From NCBI GenBank assembly GCA_050287085.1, contig JBNKBE010000004.1:160288-224287 (forward strand): DNA of 64,000 bases, read 5' to 3'. The position numbers were made by a program, and so were the translations under genes. Source of the stretch: Polyangiaceae bacterium (lineage in GTDB: Bacteria; Myxococcota_A; Polyangia; Polyangiales; Polyangiaceae). A model generated the notes under the pieces. The model did no database searches and had not been told where the DNA came from. It saw only the letters and a program-made list of their open reading frames with translations. Below are positions 9,621 to 20,317 of the stretch, one piece after another (positions within the stretch are counted from its first letter, which is position 1; every line of letters begins with the position of its first letter).

Positions 9621-10928
9621 ATGGGTGAGTTGGCTTCGACTCTCGCGCGTCAGGCCGATCGCGTTCGACGCGGGCGGTGGCTGAGCGCGGTGTGTTTGAC
9701 GGCCTTGTTCGCGCCCGCTGTGGGGTGTGACAGTCTCAGGACTGGGGCCCTGCCGGAGAACGCGCCATGGCGACGTCGCGCTATGCCCGTGCTTGAACTT
9801 GAATACAAGCGTTCACTCCGGGCGGACTCACTGCACGTGGGTGAACCCTACGAACGCGGCAGACCTGCGATCGATATGGAGCAATATCGCGTATTCGTGG
9901 GATCGAGCGACGGTGGCCTGTACGCGCTCAATGCGCGCGACGGCTCGAGTTTGTGGCGTTTTCAGACGGCTGGCCCCGTTCAGAGCGAACCGCTCTACGA
10001 TCCAAGGGAAGACGTCGTCTATTTCGGCTCTAACGACGGCGCCTTGTACAAATTGAACGCGGCCACGGGGAAGCTCGTGTGGCGCTTTGCCACCAATGCT
10101 GAGGTGGCCCAGCGACCCGAGTTGAATGGCGATAGGCTGCTTGTGGTCAACGCCAACGATACGGTCCTGGCGTTGGACCACGCGAGCGGCAAGCTATTGT
10201 GGAGCCAACACCGTTCCCCGGCGCTGGGTATGGAAGTGGCGGGACACGCGGGGCTCTTGGTGCAGGCTGGAAGGGTCTACACCGCCTTCAGCGACGGCAC
10301 CGTCACGGCGTTCGACGTGGAGAACGGACGCGAACGCTGGGAGCCGGTTGACTTGACCGTTGAGGCTGAGCAGGTGCGCGGCGAGGCGCCCCAGTACCTG
10401 GATGCTGACGCGACCCCCGCATGGACAACGATCGACGACAAGGAGGCGATCGTTGTCGGTGCTTATGACGGAGGCGTCTTCGCCTTGTCTGCGGACTCCG
10501 GGAACCAACTGTGGGGCAATATGGCAGTCACGGGGGCTACGGACGTGACCGTGTGGCACCAGCCAGCCCATCGAGAACCCGATGCACCGGGGCGTTTGGG
10601 CTCGCTTTATCCGGAACGGCATTGGGTCGTGGTGGCGACCGGCACGAGCGGCCTGTGGGCGTTGGACGCGGAAACTGGGGCCGAGGTGTGGCGACAGGAC
10701 TTGCCCGGCGGTGGCGTTCAGCGACCCGTGTTGTTTCAAGGTACGTTGGCGGTCGCCACCAGCGCACAGGGCTTCTTCCTGGTGGCGCCCACGGACGGCA
10801 GTATCATCGATGGAATACAGGCTGACGTGGGCTTTTCCATGGCTCCGGCTGTGGCGGGTCATCGCGCATTCATTCTGTCGAACGCTGGCGTTTTCTATTC
10901 GTTCAGCGTGACGCCACCGATGCTTTGA
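9621..10928 (+). CDS. PQQ-like beta-propeller lipoprotein (BamB-like)
   Basis: Lipobox AVGC and repeated propeller motifs (LYALNARDGSSLWRF, LYKLNAATGKLVWRF, ALDAETGAEVWRQ). Confidence 0.82.
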   Translation: MGELASTLARQADRVRRGRWLSAVCLTALFAPAVGCDSLRTGALPENAPWRRRAMPVLELEYKRSLRADSLHVGEPYERGRPAIDMEQYRVFVGSSDGGLYALNARDGSSLWRFQTAGPVQSEPLYDPREDVVYFGSNDGALYKLNAATGKLVWRFATNAEVAQRPELNGDRLLVVNANDTVLALDHASGKLLWSQHRSPALGMEVAGHAGLLVQAGRVYTAFSDGTVTAFDVENGRERWEPVDLTVEAEQVRGEAPQYLDADATPAWTTIDDKEAIVVGAYDGGVFALSADSGNQLWGNMAVTGATDVTVWHQPAHREPDAPGRLGSLYPERHWVVVATGTSGLWALDAETGAEVWRQDLPGGGVQRPVLFQGTLAVATSAQGFFLVAPTDGSIIDGIQADVGFSMAPAVAGHRAFILSNAGVFYSFSVTPPML

Positions 10929-10947
10929 CGGGTGTGAGCACGCCACA

Positions 10948-11402
10948 CGTGCTCTTCGAACGGCACGATGGCTATTGAGCGGCGCGGACAGCGCGTGCGC
11001 GCACAGCTGCGCCGCGTGCTCTTCGAACGGCACGATGGCTCGGAGTTGGGCCCAGAAGGCGCACGGGCCGCAGCACGGCAGCGCCGCGTGCTCGTGCTAG
11101 CTAGTCACGAGAAGCTCGGAAGCGGCGCGCAGACGGCGCTTGCTGTTGCGCTTGCGTGCTTTTGAATCCGAGCCGCGCCTTGAATCCGAGCCGCGCCTTG
11201 AATCCGAGCCGCGCCTTGAATCCGAGCCGCGCGCAGACAGAGCTCTTGCGCGCCTTGAATTCGAGCGGCGTGCAGACAGCGCTTGCGTGCTTTTGAATCC
11301 GAGCGGCGCCTTGAATGCGCACGGGCCGCAACACAGCACCGCGGCACGGCCAGCGCCGCGTGCTTGCTAGCTAGCCACGAGAAGCTCGGAAGCGGCGCGC
11401 AG
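10948..11402. repeat. Mosaic of direct repeats, including an 18-bp tandem TTGAATCCGAGCCGCGCC x4
   Basis: 26-bp repeat at 10948-10973 and 11015-11040; 38-bp repeat at 11095-11132 and 11365-11402 (1 mismatch); 26-bp repeat at 11148-11173 and 11279-11304; 18-mer tandem at 11162-11232. Confidence 0.92.
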
Positions 11403-11484
11403 CAAGGAGTGAGCGCACGCAGCACGCGCCGCCACAGTTGCCGGCGCCGCCGTGTGCGAAGCCCCCTGCTGAGCTCTGGTATAA

Positions 11485-11512
11485 ACTTCGCATAAGATAG
11501 ATTATGTTAACT
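11485..11512 (+). other. dif: dif site (XerC/XerD chromosome dimer resolution site)
   Basis: ACTTCGCATAA-GATAGA-TTATGTTAACT has the 11-6-11 layout of E. coli dif (GGTGCGCATAA-TGTATA-TTATGTTAAAT). The XerD arm matches at 10 of 11 positions. It is an AT-rich island in an intergenic gap. Confidence 0.88.
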
Positions 11513-11577
11513 TTTCGAGAAGGGTCTTTGGACGCCTTCCGCCTTCCGAACTCTTCGCCGGGCGCGGCTGCCTCGGT

Positions 11578-11710
11578 CGCTGACGCGCCTGAGCCGTGCC
11601 TGGGGTTCACCGCTGACGCGGCTGAACGGTGCCTGCTGGGGTTCACCGCTGACGCGGCTGAACGGTGCCTGCTGGGGTTCACCGCTGACGCGGCTGAACC
11701 GTGCCTGGGG
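11578..11710. repeat. 36-bp tandem repeat (about 3.5 copies) with an internal imperfect palindrome
   Basis: TTCACCGCTGACGCGGCTGAA begins at 11606, 11642 and 11678 (period 36); a degenerate copy starts at 11578. Confidence 0.92.
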
Positions 11711-12083
11711 ATCGAGAAATGCAAGCGCTGCTGATGGGCTGGTCGCAGCTGAGGTCGCCACTGCTTGAGCACTGTTCAGAACAACAAAAAGGCGTCCACA
11801 CAGAAACGCGCCGCAGAAGGTTCAGCGACGCGTTTCTTGGCGTTTCTTATTGCTCCGCCCGAAGAAGCGGCGGCGGGTCGTGTTCTGTCTGCTTGCCTAG
11901 TTAGGGCCGCGGACGCGAAGAAGTCAGACTACGTCGGCCGATCCTCCTGCTGTGGCGGGCGGGTTTGTCGCTGTGCGCCTCGAGCTACTCCAGTAGCTGC
12001 GGTGCTCGCGCCTCACGCACCCACCTCGCGGCGGTCTGGACCGGCTCGCGACTGACTTTCCCATTCGCGGGGCCCTAGAGAGG

Positions 12084-13799
<1,716 letters not shown>

Positions 13800-14187
13800 G
13801 TCTTTTCGACTCCTTGTAGTGCGCCAGGCCGACCGCAAGCGGGGCGGCTGTGTTCTCTCGTCAGCGGGCTGAAGCGCGGCGAGAGTCTCCCGTGTGGTGG
13901 GCGCAGAGGGCTCATGTATTGGGTCAGGTGCCCCACCCTGTCGTTTGGTGAAGCGGCCTAGTTCCCAAATGTCCGTAGATAAAAGTCTTTTCTTTGGTGC
14001 CCACAGCGACGTCAAACTCTGACGGGCCGAGGCTAGGTGCGCGCGGAAGTTAAGAGCTCATGGGCGCGGGTCAAGCCCTTCCCGCTTGATTTTCGGCGAA
14101 CACCTGAAGCGGTCGCGCTCAATTGCGGTTTCAAGAATAATTCGCTTGAAATCCCGAGCGTCCACGCATATCTACACGCTCCCTTTT

Positions 14188-14258
14188 TGGGGAATCGTCT
14201 AACGGCAGGACGCAGGTTTCTGGTACCTGTTATCTAGGTTCGAATCCTAGTTCCCCAG
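14188..14258 (+). tRNA. tRNA-Gln (anticodon CTG)
   Basis: Acceptor TGGGGAA/TTCCCCA, anticodon arm CAGGT-TTCTGGT-ACCTG, T arm CTAGG-TTCGAAT-CCTAG. CCA is not encoded. Confidence 0.95.
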
Positions 14259-14439
14259 CTACACCGCAATTGCACCGGTTCCTATGGGTATCCGACAATT
14301 GTGGAGTGTGGTGGCTGCATGTTCGGTTGGACGGCAGTTCGTCGTGGTTCGTTGGTAGATCATAATTCGTCTGCAAAAAGGCTAACAAAGTACTTTGCAG
14401 CGAAACGGGTGGATGCAATAAGCGCGTCCCACAAAACCA

Positions 14440-14511
14440 GGCCCCATCGTCTAGCGGTTAGGACATCGGCCTCTCACGCCGGTAACACGGGTTCGAGTCC
14501 CGTTGGGGTCA
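14440..14511 (+). tRNA. tRNA-Glu (anticodon CTC)
   Basis: Acceptor GGCCCCA/TGGGGTC, anticodon arm TCGGC-CTCTCAC-GCCGG, T arm ACGGG-TTCGAGT-CCCGT. CCA is not encoded. Confidence 0.95.
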
Positions 14512-14611
14512 CTGATAGAAGGAGACCACCGTGGCTTTTGCTGCGGTGTCTTTGCTTTTGTAGTGGCAGTTCTGCGCGGCGGTCGCGACTGACTTGCCCA
14601 TCCGCGGGCCC

Positions 14612-17600
14612 CTAGTGAAAGTCGCGAGAGCGTAGCTGCGGGGACTGCGGAGTATCGAGTCGTGCGAGCTGTTGCGCGATGACGTGTATGATCGCTGTTG
14701 GGCGCCCAACCTCCCCGGGTTTTGGGCGAGGCATCTTGCGCTCGAGCTTGCCGACGACAAGCAACATCATCGCGTGCCTGGCGACGTGATGGTACTGCTC
14801 AAAGAGCTGACGAAACAGCACCACGTTGATGGTTCCGGTTTCATCTTCGAGAGTGATGAAAACAATGCCAGACGCCGTGCTGGGACGTTGGCGTGCCAGT
14901 ACCAAACCCGCTACGCGAACCTGAGCGTTCCCAGGTGCATGGCTGAGTTGTGAAGCGCGGATGACCCCTTGCTGAGCCAAGCGAGCGCGCAAATGGCTCA
15001 AAGGATGATCGGATAGGCATAACCCCAGCCGCTGATAGTCCAGGGCCATCTGCTCTCCCTTGGCGAGCGGTGGCAAGTTCGCTGGCGTTGTGGTTGACGG
15101 TGCGTTGCGAAAGAGCGGGCCAGGGCTTTCGATCCCGACAGCCCATAGTGCTTGTCGTCGACCCAATTGCAAGCCTTCGAGTGCCCCTGCTTCTGCGAGA
15201 AGTTCAAGCTGTCGCGTCGCCAAACCGCTGCGAGTCCTAAAGTCCGCTAGATGTTGAAACTGGCGTTCATTGCGCGCAACTATCCAGTGCTGGGTCTGTG
15301 CGGAATTGAGTCCCTTGATCAATCGTAAACCCAATCGTACAGCGCGTTTCTCAACGGGGCCTTCCAGAGTGCAGTCCCAATCACTGTGACAGACGTCCAC
15401 AGGAAGAATTGTAACGCCGTGTCGCTGTGCGTCTTTAAGCAGGCTTGATACCGAGTAGAAGCCCAGGGGCTGAGAATTAACTAGAGCACAGGTGAAATAG
15501 GCTGGGAAGTGCGCCTTCAGCCAAGCAGATAGGTAGACCAAAAGCGCAAAGGAGGCCGCGTGTGACTCGGGAAAGCCGTATTCACCAAAACCCTTGATCT
15601 GCTCGAATAGAGCCGTCCCAAATGATTCTGAAATGCCTTTGCGCTTGAATCCGGAAATCAGTCGCTCTCGATGGCGGTTAAGTTGTCCTGTTCGCTTCCA
15701 GGCGGCCATGTCGCGCCGCAGTTGGTCAGCCTCACCTCCTGTGTACCCCGCACCGGCGATAGCCAGTTGCATGACCTGTTCCTGAAACAACGGCACACCT
15801 AGTGTGCGCTGAAGGATGGGCCATAGACATTCATGGGGGACATGGATCGGCTCTTCACCATTTCTGCGTTTCAGATAGGGGTGCACCATGCCCCCTTGAA
15901 TCGGCCCAGGTCGAACAAGGGCTACTTCGACCACGAGATCGTAAAAGTGCTGCGGGCGAAGGCGCGGCAACATGGCCATTTGTGCTCGACTTTCGACTTG
16001 AAAAACACCAACCGTATCGGCTTCGCTAATCATGCCGTAGACAGCACGGTCTTCAGGGGGGACGCGTGTTACGACCTCCAGCGGATCGAAGAAATCAGCC
16101 GTCGCTGAGGGTGAAGTCAGCAGGTGCGTGCCCCGAAGGTATCCGTCATTCCACGTGAGACGTAGTGCCTTGCGGATAGCAGTAAGCATGCCCAGACCAA
16201 GGACATCCACCTTGAAAAAGCCGAGCGCATCGATGTCGTCCTTATCCCACGGGATGACTGTGCGGCCGGGCATCGAAGCTGGTTCGACAGGCGCTATCTG
16301 ACAGAGTGGAGCTTGAGATAGAACAAAACCCCCCACATGAATCGACATATGACGAGGTGTTCCTTCCAATGCCTTCGACCATTCAACTACCTGGCGTAGC
16401 CCATGGTCATTGACGTCGAGGCCATGCTGTCGAAAGTGTTCAGTGCTCGACTCGGCACTATTCCAATGGGTGATTGAGCTGCTCAGTTGATTGACTTGGT
16501 TATTTGATAGGCCAAAAACCTTTCCGACTTCACGCAATGCGCTCTTGCCGCGGTAGCAAATGACCGTAGATACCATTGCCGCACGATCACGGCCGTAGCG
16601 GTCGTAGATGGCCTGTATTACTTCTTCGCGGCGTTCATGCTCGAAGTCGATATCGATATCTGGCGGCTCTGCTCTTTCTTCGCTGAGGAAGCGTTCAAAT
16701 AGTAGATTGCTTCGAGCTGGGTCGACAGCTGTGATGCCAAGGACGAAGCAGACGGCGCTATTGGCTGCACTTCCCCTGCCCTGACATAAGATGTGTTTTG
16801 TGCGAGCAATCTCGATGATCTCCCATGTACACAAAAAATAGCTTGCGACGCCTAATCGTGTGATGAGCTTCAGTTCCTTTTCGAGCTGCAATACAACCCG
16901 TTCTGGAATGTCCTCGGAGTAGCGTCTGGCGGCGCCCTCCCACGTTAGACGTCGCAACTTTTCGTCGGCTGTTTCACCTTCGTCGAGCGCGCATGGAAAC
17001 TGGTAGCGTAGATCTTTGAGATCGAATTGTAGCGCCGCTGCCGCTAGTTCTGTGTTGTCTACCCAGCTTGGGCGTTCCTGGAATAGACGCCGCATAACCT
17101 GCTCGGAGCGTAAGCAGGCCTCAGCGTTTGAGCTCAGTCGAGTTCCAGCTTGGTCTAGCGTGTAGCCTTCACGAATGCATTGGACGATATCTGCGAGCGG
17201 TCGACGAGAGCGTTCGTGATATAAAGGAAAATTGCTCGCGATAACCGGAAACCCCGTAGTGCGAGACAAGCGCTCTGCCTGGGCCATTCGCTCGGGGTCA
17301 AAGCCGTCCAAACGCCGATAGCAGGCGATGTAACCGCGATTTCTAAAGAGCTGACTTAGGTGTGATAGTGAAAGAATTGCAGAGCTGCGCGCCTCGTCGG
17401 ATGTGGCTTCTGAGCTGGTAATTTCGCTATCAAGAAAAACAGGGACAATAAGCGATAGGCTTTGTGATGACTGCTCTGAGAAGTCAGAAAGCCTGAGCCA
17501 GGCTTCGCCTTTTATGCCTCGGCTATGCGCTTGGGTAAGTAGTTGGCAGAGGTTCTGGTAGCCCAGCGCGTCGTGAGGTAGCGCACAAAGGGTAAACGTA

Positions 17601-17824
17601 GCTGTTGCATCGGTTGTAAGCGATATCGATGCGCCGAAATGAAGCTTCTGACCAAGCTCCTTGGCTGCGACCCATGCTCGTACGGCGCCGTAAAGACCGT
17701 TGTGGTCACAGAGACCCAAGGATGAAAGCTTTAGGGCTTGAGCTCTGTGGAGTAGTTCTTCTGGACTGGATGCGCCGCGAAGAAATGAAAAATTGCTTCG
17801 TGCAATGAGTTCCGAAAAGGCCAC
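14612..17824 (-). CDS. dnaE2: Error-prone DNA polymerase DnaE2 (ImuC)
   Basis: SNFSFLRGASSPEEL, GRGSAANS, PPDIDIDFEHERREEVIQ, KVDVLGLG, YGFPESHAASFA and the DnaE2-specific C-terminal SRDFH. Confidence 0.97.
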   Translation of the reverse strand: MAFSELIARSNFSFLRGASSPEELLHRAQALKLSSLGLCDHNGLYGAVRAWVAAKELGQKLHFGASISLTTDATATFTLCALPHDALGYQNLCQLLTQAHSRGIKGEAWLRLSDFSEQSSQSLSLIVPVFLDSEITSSEATSDEARSSAILSLSHLSQLFRNRGYIACYRRLDGFDPERMAQAERLSRTTGFPVIASNFPLYHERSRRPLADIVQCIREGYTLDQAGTRLSSNAEACLRSEQVMRRLFQERPSWVDNTELAAAALQFDLKDLRYQFPCALDEGETADEKLRRLTWEGAARRYSEDIPERVVLQLEKELKLITRLGVASYFLCTWEIIEIARTKHILCQGRGSAANSAVCFVLGITAVDPARSNLLFERFLSEERAEPPDIDIDFEHERREEVIQAIYDRYGRDRAAMVSTVICYRGKSALREVGKVFGLSNNQVNQLSSSITHWNSAESSTEHFRQHGLDVNDHGLRQVVEWSKALEGTPRHMSIHVGGFVLSQAPLCQIAPVEPASMPGRTVIPWDKDDIDALGFFKVDVLGLGMLTAIRKALRLTWNDGYLRGTHLLTSPSATADFFDPLEVVTRVPPEDRAVYGMISEADTVGVFQVESRAQMAMLPRLRPQHFYDLVVEVALVRPGPIQGGMVHPYLKRRNGEEPIHVPHECLWPILQRTLGVPLFQEQVMQLAIAGAGYTGGEADQLRRDMAAWKRTGQLNRHRERLISGFKRKGISESFGTALFEQIKGFGEYGFPESHAASFALLVYLSAWLKAHFPAYFTCALVNSQPLGFYSVSSLLKDAQRHGVTILPVDVCHSDWDCTLEGPVEKRAVRLGLRLIKGLNSAQTQHWIVARNERQFQHLADFRTRSGLATRQLELLAEAGALEGLQLGRRQALWAVGIESPGPLFRNAPSTTTPANLPPLAKGEQMALDYQRLGLCLSDHPLSHLRARLAQQGVIRASQLSHAPGNAQVRVAGLVLARQRPSTASGIVFITLEDETGTINVVLFRQLFEQYHHVARHAMMLLVVGKLERKMPRPKPGEVGRPTAIIHVIAQQLARLDTPQSPQLRSRDFH

Positions 17825-17844
17825 GGATGAAGTGTTGAGCTGGG

Positions 17845-19449
17845 CTAGCGGATAATGCCGTGTAGATAGGCCTTTCCAGTTGACTTGTCTTCGTAGGCGA
17901 CGCCTTCAAACGACTCCTTCTCTGAGCGAAGTATTACGTCTGCATAATCTCGAGAAATGGAATTGGACCACCAGAGCACCGAGCCTAAGCGGTGCCTAAA
18001 TTGCAGAGCCTCGACAAAAAACATGCGTTCTTCGATGCGAACGCTGGAGTGTTTCTTGAATTCACCGATGATTGCGAGCGCTGGAGTGAAAAGGCGCATG
18101 AGAGAGCCGAAGGTTGTGCCCCTGAGAGTCGATGGTATTTGTGTGCTCGTTGCAGTTTCCAAGAACGGTACGAGTTGACTCTGCTTCTCGGGGCAGTATG
18201 TGTCGACAAGCTGGAGCTTGCCAAAGCACTCGGCACCGATGTCAGCAGTGAGTTCACCGAACAATACGGATAGCTCTGCTGCTCCGGCTTTTAACTTGGT
18301 GAAGGCACTGGTAAGAGGCAATTGATGAGAGATGGGGAGGCACAATGCAGGCACTGTCAGTGTGACTCCGACGCAGGGGGCGGAGAGCTTTGTTTGCTCC
18401 AGCCGCGCACAAGCGACCGACCAGATATCAGCGGCTTGATATAGCGGGGCCAGGAGATCGAGCTCACTCGTCGTGACTGGCTCGAGGTTGTGAAAGCGGC
18501 AAAATGCAGGGTCAGAATGTAGTGTGATTCGTAACCTTTGGGCTGCAAGGCCCCGCCCTTGAAGACGCCGGGACATGCGTGCAGATAGGCCACGAAGAGC
18601 AAAGAGCAGTGGCTGATACTGAGCAATTGGCTCATCCCAATCGATGCGCTCTTGAAGTTGTGGCTGAGGTGTATGCCACTGAAGTGGCGCATCGTCGCGC
18701 CCTGACAATAGCTGCAAACAATGCTGTGCAGAGCTGTCCAAATGAAGTGCTAGCGCTTTGGATGGTAAGCGCATGAGCTGATGCCACGAATGAAAGCCGA
18801 GCCGAGTGAGTCGCTTCTTCGCAGATTCAGTCAGTGGCAACGCTTCGATTGGCAGTTTTCTGAAGTCAGCGGTAGTGATGGGGTCAGAGCATAGGTAGCC
18901 CGTCTCATGGGATGATTCTGGATGCCAGTAAGCCAAGGCAAACCCTAGATGAGGTCCGGGCGCAGTAGCGATGCGGACACGATGTCCCAAGGTCCTAAGA
19001 GTGGTGCAGATCTGCCTGCAGAGGAGCGCCTCGCCACCAAAAAGATGTGAGCGTCCGGTGATTTCAATCCAAATGCAGGGCTTGAAGGAACTGTTGCGCT
19101 TGGTCTCAGTAGGAGCGTTAAGTCGAGTTAGTGAGCAAGCAACCGATGATGAGAACTCAAGCAAACACTCACACAGGCTTTGCAAGGTCTGTTCGAGGAG
19201 ATGCCGAGGAAGAGAAAGAATCTCCAAGTTCGCAACGTAGGCTTTGGCTTCGATGATCTGCTGACCGGGCGATATACCCAAATCGGCGGCTTTTTTGTTA
19301 ACAGCAGCTATGTGCTGGGTCTGAAGCTCGTCCTCGATGATAGCGGCCCAGGGTTGGCTGTCATCATGACCTTGCTGTCGGAGGAGCTCATCGAATAGGT
19401 GCGGCAAGGCAACTGTCAGAATGCGTCGATGGCCCATCGGGAGCTCCAT
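17845..19449 (-). CDS. imuB: ImuB, catalytically inactive Y-family polymerase homologue
   Basis: Lies between a RecA-like gene and dnaE2; AVNKKAADLGISPG, HLFGGE, LPIEAL and a C-terminal WW..RDY motif. The start may be ATG 19437. Confidence 0.85.
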   Translation of the reverse strand: MELPMGHRRILTVALPHLFDELLRQQGHDDSQPWAAIIEDELQTQHIAAVNKKAADLGISPGQQIIEAKAYVANLEILSLPRHLLEQTLQSLCECLLEFSSSVACSLTRLNAPTETKRNSSFKPCIWIEITGRSHLFGGEALLCRQICTTLRTLGHRVRIATAPGPHLGFALAYWHPESSHETGYLCSDPITTADFRKLPIEALPLTESAKKRLTRLGFHSWHQLMRLPSKALALHLDSSAQHCLQLLSGRDDAPLQWHTPQPQLQERIDWDEPIAQYQPLLFALRGLSARMSRRLQGRGLAAQRLRITLHSDPAFCRFHNLEPVTTSELDLLAPLYQAADIWSVACARLEQTKLSAPCVGVTLTVPALCLPISHQLPLTSAFTKLKAGAAELSVLFGELTADIGAECFGKLQLVDTYCPEKQSQLVPFLETATSTQIPSTLRGTTFGSLMRLFTPALAIIGEFKKHSSVRIEERMFFVEALQFRHRLGSVLWWSNSISRDYADVILRSEKESFEGVAYEDKSTGKAYLHGIIR

Positions 19450-20267
19450 GGTTTGGAACTGACTGACTGTGAACGAGTAGAACTTATAGGGATTATTTGT
19501 GGCGCTCGCAGCCGTCCGCGCTTGTCCTTGGTGATTGCGATGGAGAGCTGTTGCTCGCTGTTTCCGATAACATTCGCGAGGTGCAGTCGCATTCCCACTG
19601 GGAGCGGCTGCGTGCGAGGGAAGGAATCATCGGTGAGCAGCAGCACAACCGTTTGATTGCCTTGAATCGCCAGCGAGATTTGGCGTGTTGCTCGGATCCA
19701 CTGCGAGAGCCCAGGCGAGAGATGGGAGCGCGGTGTTGCCTTGCTGCGGAGACTTGTTCTGGCGGGTGTATTTGAACGGCCAGCTATTGCTGACAACAAG
19801 TCGACCACAATGAGTGAGAAGATGTTGCTGCGGGCTAGTTTTACCGCAGTTCGCGCCAGTGAAGCGACCGGAGGACGGACGATCAACAGCTGATCTAAAG
19901 CGATCCCCATGGCCAATAGAGTGGGAGCAAATAGCTCACCCCGCGGGTCGACAAAAGCGCACACGGCTGAGGCCCCGGTTCTACAAGCCTGATGTTGAAC
20001 CTGGTAACAGGCGACCAGAGCGAGCCACGTACTCCATCCACTGAGTCCAATATGAGTCAGCTCTGTAAGTTGTCCGTGAGGTAACCCACCCTCAGGAAGG
20101 AAGCGATCAAGAGCCTCAATGCCTAGGCTTAGAGCTGTGGTGGTGCCCAGGCCTTCTTTTCCAAGGAGGGGCTTGCTGTGTTCGCTCTGCCATGTAGTTG
20201 CCAGCTGAATGAGCGAGGCAGTGCCCTGCACGCGAGCTGAATCAGAGCGCAATCCAGAAGGTGACAT
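19416..20267 (-). CDS. imuA: ImuA, RecA-like mutasome accessory protein
   Basis: LGIEALDRFLPEGGLPHGQLTEL, degenerate Walker A, AFVDPRGELFAP and LDQLLIVRP; first gene of the cassette. Confidence 0.85.
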   Translation of the reverse strand: MSPSGLRSDSARVQGTASLIQLATTWQSEHSKPLLGKEGLGTTTALSLGIEALDRFLPEGGLPHGQLTELTHIGLSGWSTWLALVACYQVQHQACRTGASAVCAFVDPRGELFAPTLLAMGIALDQLLIVRPPVASLARTAVKLARSNIFSLIVVDLLSAIAGRSNTPARTSLRSKATPRSHLSPGLSQWIRATRQISLAIQGNQTVVLLLTDDSFPRTQPLPVGMRLHLANVIGNSEQQLSIAITKDKRGRLRAPQIIPISSTRSQSVSSKPWSSRWAIDAF

Positions 20268-20317
20268 CTGAACATAATACCAGATACTGTTTATAAGAAC
20301 AGTATCTGGTATTATGT
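20268..20317. promoter_or_regulatory. Perfect 20-bp inverted repeat with candidate LexA (SOS) boxes upstream of imuA
   Basis: Arms 20272-20291 and 20298-20317 are exact reverse complements. CTGT-N8-ACAG at 20287-20302 and CTG-N10-CAG at 20268-20283. Confidence 0.72.

Noticed and set aside
10948..11040. Possible mini-CRISPR (two 26-bp hairpin repeats with a 41-bp gap)
   Set aside because: Only two copies, embedded in other duplications, with no cas genes or leader in the window.
11578..11710. 36-bp repeats as a CRISPR array
   Set aside because: The units are directly tandem with no unique spacers.
10968..12055. Short ORFs with repetitive peptides (ESEPRL, ARIQGA, GFTADAAERCLL)
   Set aside because: They are open in several frames only because the repeat units are multiples of 3. 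They show no domain signal or RBS, and some overlap dif.
13800..14015. N-terminal extension of GroEL in the ORF track
   Set aside because: GroEL homology starts at MSKEIV (13799), which has an AAGGAG RBS upstream.
14259..14439. Possible third or degenerate tRNA between tRNA-Gln and tRNA-Glu
   Set aside because: Only a 9-bp stem (14264-14272/14296-14304) is visible, with no cloverleaf or proper T arm.
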